Source: Okamejei kenojei (taxonomy: Eukaryota). Taken from it: DNA of 64,000 bases. The stretch lies in contig CM069164.1 in NCBI GenBank assembly GCA_035221665.1, forward strand, positions 18,352,001 through 18,416,000, read 5' to 3'. Both the position numbers and the translations under genes were made by a program. Positions 49,381-62,224 of this stretch are shown piece by piece (the stretch's first letter is position 1; every line of letters starts with the position of its first letter). Below the pieces are notes generated by a model. The model saw only the letters and a list, made by a program, of their open reading frames with translations. It did not search any database and was not told the DNA's origin.

Positions 49381-49664
49381 CCATCATAATTTGTATATAC
49401 ATATATAAAAGTCAAGCAGTTCTGGTAAAAATTGTCACTCAAATTTGGCTTAAAAGAGTTTTAATTTTTACATCCCAGAATATTTTTAATCAAGACAGTC
49501 GACTTTCTAGTTAAACCGTTGTTCATGAAGTTTAACTAACCAAACTATTGCATAAGCAGCTACACTTCAGGCAAAAAACAAAATAGTAGACATTTTTCAA
49601 ACGCAATAACATCATGAAAAAAAAATTATTCCATTAGCAAGATTTTTAAAACATAAAAGCCAAC

Positions 49665-49827
49665 CTGCTATACTGGACCTTGATACGTCCATTGGAATGA
49701 ATCCGTTGTCCGTTCTTCAGCCAACTAATTTTTGGTGTCGGAATACCTTCCGCCTGACACATAAACCTGGCTGTACCAGCACGCGGGCGTGTCAGACTCT
49801 CGGGCCACTCGACAAAGGAAGGTGGTG
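49665..49827 (-). CDS. PRTG: Protogenin exon 7 equivalent (Ig4 N-half), 163 nt
   Basis: ttgcag|CA CCA...AGC AG|gttggc; [53 protein letters not shown]. Confidence 0.93.
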
Positions 49828-50614
49828 CTGCAAACAACATGGAAAACATCTTTGAGACCTTTCTTTTGCTCTGGAAAAAGTGTCGCGGGTCTCACTCAAA
49901 AAAATCTAACAATCAAAAATACACATTTTGGGGGAAAGGAGGGGGTGATGGGGAGTGCTGAAGAATTTGCTTAAGTATGATGAGCCAGTGATGAACTGAC
50001 ACAGGCAAAAGGTAAAAGTAGCAAGAAAAGGGAATGTAACTTATTTTTTTAAATGGAGGGGGCTTTTGGAGAAGCTCAAACCATTCCCACCTGATCATTA
50101 TTGTGCATCTAACTATGCTAAACCACGCTGAAGTTTTTAACGCTGTTACCTTGTGCCCAAATTAAATAAGTGTTTCACCTTGCACAGTAGTAGCATTCTT
50201 CATTTTTATAATGTTCACTAACAAATAAAATGTGTAAAAAAAAAACAAAAACTATAAATTGCCTCTATTGATACCTTATCTTTCACATCCAAATCAGAAA
50301 CACAAATGGATCAAAAATAAACAAAAGGGAACACATGAGTGGTTAAACATGTATCAAGGACAATGCTAATGAACAAGATTCTGGTGTTTTGTTTCAATAT
50401 AGGTTTCGTGTTTTCTTTTCATCATCTACCAAAGCCTTTCACACAAACCAAGGTAATTCAGTAGCTTCTGTTAGTTATGATCCCACTACTCACCAGTCCC
50501 TTATGGAATGTCCACTGTGTTCATCCACATTCTTTCATGGATACCAGCTCCATTTCATTACCTTTTAAAAAGCTTTGCTCTTTTTGTAAATAACAGTAAA
50601 CAAAATACCATTCC

Positions 50615-50960
50615 TGTCAACTTGGCTTGGATGGCTGTGCCCTCATTTCTGAGACTGAGCACATAACTAGAGCAATGCATTTGTGCGGTACTAAAGGGAG
50701 TACTGTACAGTAAAAGCACTCTCTCTTCAGGTTCTCTAATGGATGCATGACACTATCTTATCTGAAGTGAAGTAGGGAGCTTTCCCAGGCCAATACCCCT
50801 CCTGCAACCAATCACACCAAAAATATTAATTGACTATTCTTCATGACGTCCTGACACAATTTCCCTATATCCATAAAGCAATGGTGACGCCAAACCAATT
50901 CTCTGCACGTAAAAGGATATTTCTGAGAGACTGGTTCAATGTTGTTATATGTAGAGGCTA
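50615..50960 (+). mobile_element. Ancient Deu-domain SINE relic (SacSINE/AmnSINE-like)
   Basis: GTACTAAAGGGAGTACTGTACAG, GACACTAT, GAAGTAGGGAGCTTTCCCAGGCCAATA resemble the Deu core as I recall it; heavily diverged. Confidence 0.5.
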
Positions 50961-51118
50961 AACATTGTATAATTTTTGAGTTACTTAAATTATGAGCATA
51001 CTTATATTGTTAAGTTCAAGTTCAAAAGAAAATTGGTAAGCACCTTTAAAAAAAAAAAAAAAAAAAAATTAATTTACGTAAAACTAGAATCTTTATCATG
51101 GTGTGTTTGTTATCTTAC

Positions 51119-51277
51119 CCAGCACTGTAAGCATAGCTGTTGCAACAGTGTAGTTGCGTGTGCCAGGTGTGGTGGCCCGACAGACATATATTCCAGCATG
51201 TTGAACCTTCACATCCGATATCATCAGATTCCCATTCCCCAGAACACGAGTATTGAAGACATCAATAGACCTGTGAT
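51119..51277 (-). CDS. PRTG: Protogenin exon 6 equivalent (Ig3 C-half), 159 nt
   Basis: aaacag|AT CAC...CTG G|gtaaga; [52 protein letters not shown]. Confidence 0.96.
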
Positions 51278-51371
51278 CTGTTTGGAAATTTATATGCACG
51301 AACCATTAAAATGTGATCATTTAGATGGAAATCAAACTATAATAGCAATTATGAAATGTTAAACACATTTA

Positions 51372-51602
51372 GAAACATAGAAAATAGGTGCAGGAGTAGG
51401 CCATTCGGCCCTTCGAGCCAGCAACACCATTCAATATGATCATGGCTGATCATCTAAAATGAGTACCTCCGTTCCAGCTTTTTCCCCCCATGTCCCGATT
51501 CCTTTAGCCCCAAGAGCTAAATCTAATTCTTGAAAACATCCATTGAATTGGTCTCCACTGCCTTCTATGGCAGAGAATTCCACAGATTTGCAACTCACTG
51601 GG
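51372..51602 (-). mobile_element. CR1-type 3' UTR fragment
   Basis: AGAAACATAGAAAATAGGTGCAGGAGTAGGCCATTCGGCCCTTCGAGCC...AGAATTCCACAGATT. Confidence 0.8.
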
Positions 51603-51714
51603 AGTTTAAAGTGATCAGCATGGAAAATAAAGCATATTTTAATATCATTGCCTCATAAATATTGATACGTGGTCACATTTGTTTTTCAAGTCACAATATT
51701 TTAGGCAAAAGAAT

Positions 51715-51890
51715 TAAAACAAACCAATGGAGGAACTCAGTGGGTCAGGCAGCACCTGTAGAGAGAAATAGCCAGACAACATTTTAGGTCAGGATTCTTT
51801 TTCAGACCCGAATCATCTGTCCATTTCCTTCCACAGATGCTGCCTGATCCATTGCATTGCACCGTGTTTTTTTACACAAGATCCCAGCAA
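51715..51890. mobile_element. Degenerate inverted Penelope-like terminal repeats
   Basis: TGGGTCAGGCAGCACCTGTAG mirrored by CCACAGATGCTGCCTGATCCA. Confidence 0.7.
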
Positions 51891-52354
51891 TCTTGTTCTT
51901 GTTCGTGATTAGTACAGGTGTCAGGGGTTATGGGGAGAAGGAGGGAGCGATAGCTTAGCCAAGATTGAATGGGGGAGTTGACTTGATGGGCCAAATGGCC
52001 TCATTCTACTCCTATTCCTTATGACCTTAAGACCAATGCAGTCTCTCGTGTCCCACAGTACTCCAAGCTAATTTAACCATTGATGTTATGATTTTTAAAT
52101 ATTGGCAGGGAAAGTAACAGAACAAAGAGGGCCCCGGAGTGGGAAGGCATTGAGAATAGAGAGGGACCTGGCATGGAGAAGGAAGAGGGACCATTGGGAC
52201 TATACTGAATACTTTTGTGACTTTGTCAACATACATAGAAACTCTTTGCATACTTGTGTATTGTATGCAAAACCAAAAAAAAAATTACTGTCCTGAGAAT
52301 CTGTGACAATAATGTATCAATCAATCAATCGAAAGACAGGAAATGGAAACTCAC

Positions 52355-52492
52355 CAAAACGACTCCAGGACACGAGGGGCTTGGGCGAACCAATGGCTAC
52401 ACATTCCAGCATTGCTGTTTGATGGACAGGCACGGTGATATTTTGGGGACCTGCAATTATCACTGGTTTCTGCAATGACTTTGGCTCCCATG
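52355..52492 (-). CDS. PRTG: Protogenin exon 5 equivalent (Ig3 N-half), 138 nt
   Basis: tgacag|CA TGG...TTT G|gtgagt; WEPKSLQKPVIIAGPQNITVPVHQTAMLECVAIGSPKPLVSWSRF. Confidence 0.95.
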
Positions 52493-52902
52493 CTGTCAGT
52501 GACAAATCAATGATAAGTGATCCATGGCAGTCATAGGATATTTCCCATAGAATTCCACACCCCACCAAAGCAAAGTTAAAAGAAAACTTGTTAAAATTGA
52601 AATAGGTGTTAAGGAGATTTTTTTTTTAAAAAACAACCACTAATTCATGAAAATGACAAAGTAGCATCAAGATCCCCAGGAAATGGCAAAAGAACCAATC
52701 CAAATCAAGTACCATGAGTGATCTTACATAAAACGTCCTCCTTTTTCATTTTAATATAATGGAACCACAATTTTTTTTTTTTTTTTTTAAACTAGTGTTA
52801 ACAGCAAGTAACATTATCAAAATTCAAGTACCAACTTGAACAATAAATCGGGTAGCCCCGTTGGCAATTTGATCATAGCTATGGAAAATTGGTCACTTTA
52901 AT

Positions 52903-54429
52903 TTGGACAGAAATTGGACAGAAATATTTCAAATGTCATTAGAAAAGGGAATAGTGCCGGAGGATTGGCGTACTGCGCATGTTGTTCCATTGTTTAAAAA
53001 GGGTTCAAAGAATAAATCTAGCAATTATAGACCTATTAGTTTGACGTCAGTGGTGGGCAAATTAATGGAAAGGATACTTAGAGATAATATATATAAGCAT
53101 CTGGATAAAGAGGGTCTGATCAGGAACAGTCAACATGGATTTGTGCCTGGAAGGTCATGTTTGACAAACCTTCTTGAATTTTTTGAAGCGGTAACTAGGG
53201 AAATTGATGAGGGTAAAGCAGTGGATGTTGTCTATATAGATTTCAGTAAGGCCTTTGACAAGGTTCCCCATGGAAGGTTGGTTAAGAAGGTTCAATCTTT
53301 GGGTGTTAATGGCGGAGTAGCAAGATGGATTCAACAGTGGCTGAATGGGAGATGTCAGAGAGTAATGGTGGATGGCTGTTTGTCAGGTTGGAAGCCGGTG
53401 ACCAGTGGGGTGCCTCAGGGATCTGTGTTGGGTCCACTGTTGTTTGTCATGTACATCAATGATCTGGATGATGGGGTGGAAAATTGGATAAGTAAGTATG
53501 CAGATGATACTAAGATAGGTGGTGTTGTGGATAATGAAGTCGATTTTCAAAGTCTACAGAGAGATTTGGGCCATTTGGAAAAGTGGGCTGAAAGATGGCA
53601 GATGGAGTTTAATGCTGTTAAGTGTGAAGTGCTACATCTTGGCAGGACAAATCAAAATAGGACGTACATGGTAAATGGTAGGGAATTGAGGAATGCTGTG
53701 GAACAGAGGGATCTAGGAATAACTGTGCATAGTTCCCTGAAGGTGGAATCGCATGTAGATAGGGTGGTAAAGAAAGCCTTTGGTGGGCTGGCCTTTATAA
53801 ATCAGAGCATTGAATATAGGAATAAGGAAGTAATGTTAAAATTGTACAAGGCATTGGTAAGACCAATTCTGGAGTATGGTGTACAATTTTGGTCGCCTAG
53901 TTATAGGAAGGATGTCAACAAAATAGAGAGAGTACAGAGGAGATTTACTAGAATGTTGCCAGGGTTCCAGCAACTCTGTTACAGAGAAAGGTTGAACAAG
54001 TTAGGTCTTTATTCTTTGGAGCGCAGAAGGTTAAGGGGGGACTTGATTGAGGTCTTTAAAATGATGAAAGGGATAGACAGAGTTGACGTGGATACGTTTT
54101 TTCCCATTGAGGGTAGGGAAGATTCAAACAAGAGGGCATGACATGAGAATTAAGGGACAGAAGTTTGGGGTAACGTGAGGCGGAACTTCTTTACTCAGAG
54201 GGTGGTGGCTGTGTGGAATGAGCTTCCAGCAGAAGTGGTGGAGGCAGGATCGATTTTAACATTTAAAAGTAAAGTGGATAGGTATATGGACGTGAAGGGA
54301 ATGGAGGGGTATGGAGGGAATGGAGCAGGTAGATGGGACTAGGGGAAAACAAATGGTCGGCACGGACTGGAAGGGCCGAGAGGGCGTGTTTCCGTGCTGT
54401 AATTGTTATATGGTTATATGGTTATATGG
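52903..54429 (+). mobile_element. Young 5'-truncated CR1-clade (HER1-like) LINE with intact RT-domain ORF
   Basis: 412-aa ORF with PLFKKG, YRPISLTS, DFSKAFDKVPH, SGVPQGSVLGP, YADD motifs; 3' UTR ends in (TTATATGG)3; probable TTAATT TSD at 52898-52903 and 54430-54435; frameshift near 54100. Confidence 0.95.
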
Positions 54430-54828
54430 TTAATTGTCTGAAAAAAAACTCTTGTGCAGGTTCTAAGCGCTATTTCCTTCCAAATCAGAGAGGGAGCCAA
54501 TTCCACCTTAAACACAACATTCCACCTATTTCAGTAAGACCATAATTGTCAATAGTTTTGGAAATTTGACTGAAAACCAATGACATCGTAAATGTGTTTG
54601 GCATTAGCAGGCCAGGGCTATGCTGACGAGTCCCACTACCATATTCTTAACACATCTATGGTTAAATATAACTTGCACTCATCTATTGAATCGCTGCCTG
54701 GCACATAATGCACATGCAGACTTATAGAAAGATGGAACAATTATCTTCAGATATAAAGTTCAACGGGAAATCTAATAGGAACCAATTACTAGAAACTATG
54801 TTGGAAGAAAGACATCTCAATCATTTAC

Positions 54829-54962
54829 CTGGAACAACAGTTAAAATGGCTTCCGCACTTCTCCGCCTATTTGCGATGTTGGTCGCCACACAACGATACT
54901 GACCGGTGTGTTGTTTATCAACATCATAGATCTGAAGGACTCCCGTCGGTAGCACGGTTATC
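54829..54962 (-). CDS. PRTG: Protogenin exon 4 equivalent (Ig2 C-half), 134 nt
   Basis: ctcag|G ATA ACC...CCA G|gtaaat; hand-translated [44 protein letters not shown]; not in ORF track. Confidence 0.95.
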
Positions 54963-55095
54963 CTGAGAAGAGGAATTTAGTCTTCTAAAACAAGTCACTG
55001 AACATGCAGGTTTACACAACAAACCAGTACAATGTAATGACAATGGCAATGATTCAGGCTACTGAGCAAAATTTCATTTTATTAACAATAGAAAT

Positions 55096-55402
55096 GGCAG
55101 CATGGTGGCTCAGCGGTAGAGTTGCTGCCTTACAGTGCTTGTAGCGGTAGAGACCCGGGTTTGAACCAGACTACGGGTGCAGTCTGTACGGAGTTTGTAC
55201 GTTCTTCCCGTGACCACGTGGGGTTTTCTCAGAGAATCTTCGGTTTCCTCCCACACTCCAAAGACGTACAGGTTTGCAGGTTGATTGGCTTGGTATAAGT
55301 GTAAATTGTCCGTAGTGCGTATAAGGATAGTGTTAATGTGCGGGGTCGGTGCGGACACGGTGGGTCGAAGGGCCTGTATCACTAAACTAAAAAACTAAAC
55401 TG
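55096..55402 (+). mobile_element. HE1-like V-SINE, near full length
   Basis: GGCAGCATGGTGGCTCAGCGGTAGAG, GGTTTGAACC, V-domain, tail GGGTCGAAGGGCCTG...ACTAAACTAAAAAACTAAACT. Confidence 0.92.
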
Positions 55403-55941
55403 AAATAGAAACAAAAGAAAAATTGGGCAGAAGTAGTATAATTATTATATTCAAATTATGTTACTCCAGTCTAATTGTTCAAAAATTCTGTTGGTTTGTC
55501 ATTTGGTTCCTTCATTTTTCTAGAGAGCAGCTCGGGGTCCCGAGTGCAAGCAGAGACGGGTGGACAAACAGAGCACATGGCAAAGCTGGGGTTGGGGTCC
55601 AGCACACACACCAGGGGGTCAGACACATGGGCAGGATTACAGCCAGAGCCCAGGGACTAAAGTGTTTGTTTATTTTAACAAGCAAAAATTTACAGCCTGC
55701 AACTCATTAAAAGTTCACTAAAAAGTTTTTACAAATACCACTGTGCAATGTGCAAAAGAGTGAAATTAAAACACATTGGTGCATTAGTAGAATTAACATC
55801 CAATTGGCCAGTCAGCCCTGCACCAACAGTCCAGAGAACAACAATTAATTTGAGTTTTACTGTACATTACAGTAGCTTTAATTATGCAGATTTTGCTTTT
55901 CACAATTTGATGGGAAATTGAAGATTTCCCACGAATAATAC

Positions 55942-56086
55942 CTGTCAGAAGCGAGGGGTAGTGTTGTCCGGTTGAATTCCCAGGTTATGATTGGTGGTGG
56001 ATTTGCATGAATCTTACAGATAAACCGAGCCACTTCTCCTTCCCTCACGACCGTGGGCACCGGCTGAACCTCAAACGGAGACATGC
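55942..56086 (-). CDS. PRTG: Protogenin exon 3 equivalent (Ig2 N-half), 145 nt
   Basis: tttcag|GC ATG TCT...GAC AG|gtatta; MSPFEVQPVPTVVREGEVARFICKIHANPPPIITWEFNRTTLPLASDR. Confidence 0.95.
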
Positions 56087-58019
56087 CTGAAACAAAAGCA
56101 ACATCCCGTTTACAAATTCAGTCACAACAAGAAATGAAACCTCTGAGAAAACTAAAATCTCTGCATTTGTAGGAAGGTGCAAAAATGATTTCCTGATAAC
56201 CCCCACCCAGATCATAATACAATGAGAACCAAAAAGGTTGATTTTTGAAATGATTCAGTTGGATTACAAAGTTTATACGAACACATCTCAGAAATTATTT
56301 TTCACGTAAAGTTCAAAATCACTCCCCTCCAACTCTGAAGCAATGTTTACAGCTGGTTACAGTATCCGAGCATTCACAAAGCGTGCTCTCACACAAACGG
56401 TTAATCAAAACAGGTGTTTAAGTGAATGATTTTAAAAAGAGCGGATCTGGGAAACATATCTCAAGCAGTTTAAGAACTAAGAATTCCCTTTTCTAATCCT
56501 ACCTGCGGTACTCAAGGATTTGGCTTCAACACAATTACTTGTCCAATAATGTTGATATTATATGTTTATATTACATATATTAATTAATAATTCACTTGAA
56601 ATTAAATTTCATGGCCTTTTTAAAAACACAAGATTATGCATTTATATACAACCTCTGAATGAAACCCATCCATACTTCCGAACAAGTACCCCCCCCCCCC
56701 CCCCCACCCCTCCGTCAGACAAAATTTCCATCCTGTGAGATTTCTATGTCAAAAAGAGATCTAAAACTTATTTGAAACCAAGATGACTAATGTTCCTCCA
56801 ACTTTCTATTACCACTGTAAACTGCATACAGACATGAGCAGACATTATTTCTACAAACAGGCTTCTGTAACATAGTCTACCACTGTAAAACTGAACACAT
56901 GCAAAATATCTTGACAGATATGTTTGCTGTGAAATCTAAATAAGTCCTGTAGTAGCTTGCTCATTTTGTTGACATGATGGACTGCACTAATGTGAGACTG
57001 ACTTATCCATTACAAGTGGTAACCATCTCACAGATGTTTTTGCCAGAAGCAATTGAAAGGATCCTGGTGAGGAGAGTCATTTCTCACACTCCAGGACCTG
57101 AAAGGAACTCCAAACTCTTTCAGGATTGCAGAGTTACAAATGACAAAACTTCCCTCAGGATAAATGATCTTTCTGAGCCTTACCACACAACCCATACAAG
57201 CGTGTTACTAACCCCAACAACATTAGGGCTCATAAAAATTTCACACCTCTGCAAAATTTGTACCTCATCAATATGTACAGAGGAATTAATTCTAAGTTTC
57301 TGCATAAAGAGAGACACGTTTTATAGATCAATACAAACTCTTAAGGATTAAAGAAACTCAAAATCTAATCAATGGGTAAAAAGTACAGATTGCGACCAGT
57401 TAATAATCAACCAACCCGTGGGGGGGGGGCAATAAATGTCAGAAATCAATCATCCGTCTTGGTGAAAAGGTGCACACAATTTACCAGAGGAAAAAACCTA
57501 AAAACAATCATTCCTGAATCAGCACTGCCAAAAAAAAGTTTCAACAGAAATACAGTTACAGCATCTTTTGCAAGGCAGCTTTACCCAAGAGCCCAGAGAA
57601 TTTGTCCTACAAGTATCCACACTAATAAAAGTGAGAAAGATCCTTAGTATGTGGTAAATTTATGAGGGGAGCAATTACTGGTCAATATAATTGAACTCAA
57701 TACTCATGGGTGAAGACAGAAAGAGTTGAGCCAGGATTCCTATTCCCAGTCTCCATGCAGGGACCATGCTGGATGCATATCTACACAACAAACGCTGAAA
57801 CAGAAATAATTGTGATGCTTCACAGGCTGAACAGTTTATTGACATTCACTATGAAAACACACACACATGAACAATTGCCCCTTTGGTGGAGATGCTCGAG
57901 GGTGAAACGTTTCTGAGCAGCTTTTACCCCAAATACAAAATGTCCATTATGAGGATGAAGCATTGACAAAAACAACTTCATGACATAACATCTAAACAGT
58001 ATCAATCAAATGCAACACC

Positions 58020-58497
58020 TGTCTACTTACCTCCCCCCTCGACTCCCTCCAAGGATCCCGACAGCCTTTCAAGGCGAGGCAAGGGTTCACTCGCACTCCT
58101 ACCAACCTCATCTACTAAATCCGATGTTCCAGGTGTCAACTCCTGTACATCAGCGAGACCAACCGCAGGCTCGGCGATCGTTTTGCTGAACACCTCCGCT
58201 CAGTCCGCCTTAATCTACCTGAATTCCCGGTTGCTCAGCATTTTAACTCTCTCCCCTCCCTTCTCTCCCCGCTTTCCCTCTCTCCCCATCCCCTCCCCCT
58301 TCCCAGTTCTCCCACCTGTCTTACTGTCTCCGACTACATTCTATTTCTGCCCCGCCCCCTCCCGACATCAGTCTGAGGGGTCCCGACCCGAAACTTCACC
58401 CATTCCTTCTCTCCAAAGATGCTTCCTGTCCTGTTGAGTTACTCCAGCATTTTGTGTCTACCTTCAATTTAAACCAGCATCTACAGTTCTTTCCTAC
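58020..58497 (+). mobile_element. Penelope-like element 3' remnant (GIY-YIG endonuclease relic plus terminal repeat)
   Basis: Hand translation ...TNLIY*IRCSRCQLLYISETNRRLGDRFAEHLRSV...PVAQHFNS (GIY-YIG signature), then degenerate CTGA...GGGTCCCGACCC-GAAAC and the common GATGCT...TGAGTTACTCCAGCA tail. Confidence 0.85.
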
Positions 58498-59493
58498 CAA
58501 TCAATAAAAAATACATCTTCGCAGTCATAGTTGGGTTCAGCAAAATGATAAGATAGCTCAGTGCAAGATGAGTATATCAGAAATATACTCGCCAATTCAA
58601 AGTTAAACTTGCCAGAATCAAAGTTGAAAACCAAATCGGTCATTAAAATAAAAGTGTTTATTTTAACAGAAAATTTATGGAGGAAACTTAATGGCTTTTC
58701 ACACTTTTAGGGTTGCGAATGCACCCAATTTTACTGTGAATGTAAAATGCAACTCTTGCTTTTGTCTTAGCACAATGCCACTGAAGCACCATTGCTTAAA
58801 CAAGTCTCTTGTCAGATTCCCTTATATAACACAATTAGCTTCCTGTGAGATGAAAGCCAAGAACTAGCCAATACTAATCAGATTTACAATCAGTTAAGGT
58901 TGTCCATATGTAGCAGCATTTTACACTGCCATTGTGAAAGGACCGTGCGTAGATTCACCTATCCATTACAGGGTTTGCTCATATGCTCCAGAACAGCAGC
59001 TGTTGAACGAGATGTACGGCACAGAAATCAATAAAAGATTTCAATGAGGAATGAGATACTACTTTCACAACAAACACTCTGAATTAGAACATTAACAGAT
59101 AACTATTACAGTGGGTAATTCGAGCAGGTCAAGCCAAAGCTATTCTGCATTTACAAAGAAAAAAAGCCCCAATTTGACCAACATGAAGTATACAAAGCTT
59201 TGCAATATGCATACAAATTACATACAATACTTCCTCATCCTCAATTTAAACAAATTTAGCATTAATCTATGAAATGGACCATGGAACGCAAAAACGAAAT
59301 TGCTTTTTGTCAGACTGCAGGAAAAGTAAAAAGGAATGCAAGAAATTTTAGTCATCGCAAAACTTCACTTTTTCGAAAACTTCATATTTGGTTGTATCCT
59401 TCTGGATTGTATTCAGTTACTCCTTATTACTGAGTTTTAGCCAGAAATATTTGTTCACGACCCTGAAATGGGACTCGACTGATTCAAAGGTAA

Positions 59494-59993
59494 GGAGGCT
59501 GTCCCACTGCGGCGACCTAATCCGCGAGTTCTGGCGACTTTGCCCTCGACTCATACTCGCAGCATGGTTGACACGAGATCCTAGGAGGTCTTTGTAACTC
59601 TCCTTCATGCTCGAGAGTAGTACCCGCGTACTCGAGGCCTCAGCTAGGTCGCGGCGTATTTTTCAACATGTTGAAAAATGCCCGCGAGTAAAAAAAGGTT
59701 GCCATGGTAAAAAAAACGACAATTTCTTTACTTGTAGGTTCAGTCGAAGTAGGTCGTGGTAGGTCGGCATGTTAGTCGTACGTAATCAAGGGTGGTCGAA
59801 GGTAATCGTAGATAGTCTTCAACATAGACGAAGGGAGGTCGAAGGTGGTAGTCTTCGGAGTCCAATTTTCCCGAAGCTAGTCTTCAATATCGCTGAAGGA
59901 GGTCTTCTACATAGTCGAAGGAGGTCTTCAACATGACATTTTTTCAAATTCTTCTAAACTCACCAATTAGGTTGTCGCAGTGGAACAGCCCCT
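59494..59993. mobile_element. PIF/Harbinger-like MITE, 500 bp
   Basis: TIR GGAGGCTGTCCCACTGCGGCGACCTAAT / ATTAGGTTGTCGCAGTGGAACAGCCCCT; TAA TSD on both sides. Confidence 0.86.
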
Positions 59994-62224
59994 TAAGAAT
60001 GTCGTGAGAGGCAAACTAACAATGAGCTGATTATTAAAAGGTTTGACACGAGTACCAACAGCAAGGTAATATGCCAGGCTCCCCACCATCATCATTGGCT
60101 TAAAACTAAATAATAGATATGAGCCCTAATCAGTCACCAAATGAAACAATTTGATTAGGTAAACATTTGCCACAAAAACTCCATGGGTTTCTGGAGTTGC
60201 CATCTTCGGGCTAGGACAGATACAGAATTCAAAATCCTCTGATGACAATTTAGAGACAACACATTGTTAGTAGACCTACCAGGAGCTTGCCTTTTAGAAA
60301 AGCAGTCCCTAGCTATCAGAAACCTTTGAGACTTCTACACAAGCTGAATCACTGCCAGGCAGATGAGGGCACTAGGATGCATGCATGAGCTATTCAGCCC
60401 TTCAGTCCTGTTCCACCAGTCAACAGCAAGCAAGTAATTTAGTATAGATTTTTCTGTTCAAAAACAAATTTCCCTTTTTGGATGCAGCAGTTGAGAGAAA
60501 AATTAGAAATAAACAACCTTTAAGATTGCAAGTTGCACCACAATGGCTGGTAGAAGACTTACATTTGGACATACATTTTACATCTTAGGATGCAAATGTA
60601 AACAATAAAATCCCACGGAAAATAATTTAAGCTTATTTAATGTACGAGGCACAGCAAGAAAAGTGCAATGCAAAAAATTGTTTTCTTCAGGAGTTTAAAA
60701 AACACTCAGTGCACAGTATTCAGAGTGTGTGACTTGGTTCACATCTCCTGGCTTTGTTGATAATTAGACCCCTTTAAGAGACACGTACATGGTGCTCTGG
60801 AACAGATGGCGGTGGTGCAGCAAAGATAGCGGGCAACCGATCTGGAGAAAAACAATTAGTTTTCTGGCAGAAAGGTTAAGACATTGGGATTGGAGAAGTA
60901 TGATGAAACATGTAATAAGGTGTTTGCCCTGAGCACTGATTCCGAAATTCAGTTCCACTGATTTCAACAGAAGCAAAAATTGATAAGTGGGGTTATGTTT
61001 ACTAAGTGAGCCTGCCTATGTTTACTACACTATACCACGCATTTATGACTAGGAAATTATTTCTACCACATGCTATGTTAGATTGACTAATATAAAATGA
61101 CCTTGCTTAAAAAGATATCCCCAATTCTATATTTAGTAATAAAATATGATTTTATAGAACATCATATAATGTATGCTATACTGACACACTCCCATTGAAA
61201 TCGGGGTGATAAGCACAGCAGGCAGTAAGGAGCAATGCATCTTTATTGCTTGTTGGGAAGACACTACCCCATCCTGCTCACTCACTACAGTCCACTTAAT
61301 TTCCCCCTTCAGCTAGTTGTAGTGATTTCATTTTGAATGTTACTGTTCAATTTCTTTCCACTATCCTATCAGGCAGCACATTCATTATAAGAGAACAACA
61401 GTTTTATCCCACATAACTTGTACAACTTCAAGATTTTTTGCCAGTTACCTTCACTCTATGTCTTCTCTGAATAACAGCTGAAATCAGACAATACATTTAC
61501 ATCCGCAAAATAATGAAAACAAATCTTAAGTTAAGATCTAATTTTTTCTAACTGTGCAATTTTACTCCATCAAGAAAACCCATGACCAATGTTATTCAAT
61601 TATATTGTTTAGGAGCATTTAAAAGTGGTTATATAAAGTAATAATATTCATGTTAAATTCAGTGAGAGCATCCAGTTTCATCTTCAAGGTTGAAACTGCA
61701 ATATGATTTCAGTCTGATGTCAGAGTTCTCAGTTCTCATCAAACTGTTACATTGTTACACCAGCTGCAAAACTGACAATGGGACTCATTTCATTATAAAA
61801 AACAACTTTTAAGATCTACTTGAGCCCCTTTGATTTTACCACAATGAATAAATATCCAACCTGTGCCACAAGAGATTAGAATGGGAAAATGAGACACCCA
61901 GGGCAATGTTTACAACGATAAATTAATCTTCTGCACCTTCCATTGCCATGAGTTGAATACATTTGCATACAACTCAGTGCATCTATTGCAGTTTAAAACA
62001 AATTCTCAAAATGTGTGATAAAGCAGGTGGTAGTTTGGGAATCTAGTGAAACGTTTAGGAATCCAAAAAAAGGGTCAGTTTCTGATTATGGATCTTTCAT
62101 GTAATGCAATTGTAGTTTTTAATCCATATTAATTGGATCAATTACAGGAAACTATTCATGAGGTTTGATTTAATTTTCTGTCAATACACTGTCATATAAT
62201 ACAATATCAAAAACAATAGGGAAA

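Noticed and set aside
52903-54141. RT ORF as a host gene or a retron/DGR-type system
   Set aside because: Typical 5'-truncated CR1 ORF2 with LINE 3' UTR and tail; no endonuclease domain, no true ATG start, no accessory structure.
55096-55180. tRNA-like sequences with A and B boxes (here and in other copies)
   Set aside because: SINE heads continuing into the V-domain and LINE-derived tail; no complete cloverleaf.
44-56086. Alternative identity as DCC, NEO1, IGDCC3 or IGDCC4
   Set aside because: Five FN3 domains, motifs such as [19 protein letters not shown] and [10 protein letters not shown], and exon sizes agree with PRTG.
59730-59935. Short spaced GTCGAAGG-type repeats resembling a CRISPR array
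   Set aside because: Irregular subrepeats inside a TIR-bounded MITE in a vertebrate intron; no constant repeat-spacer period.
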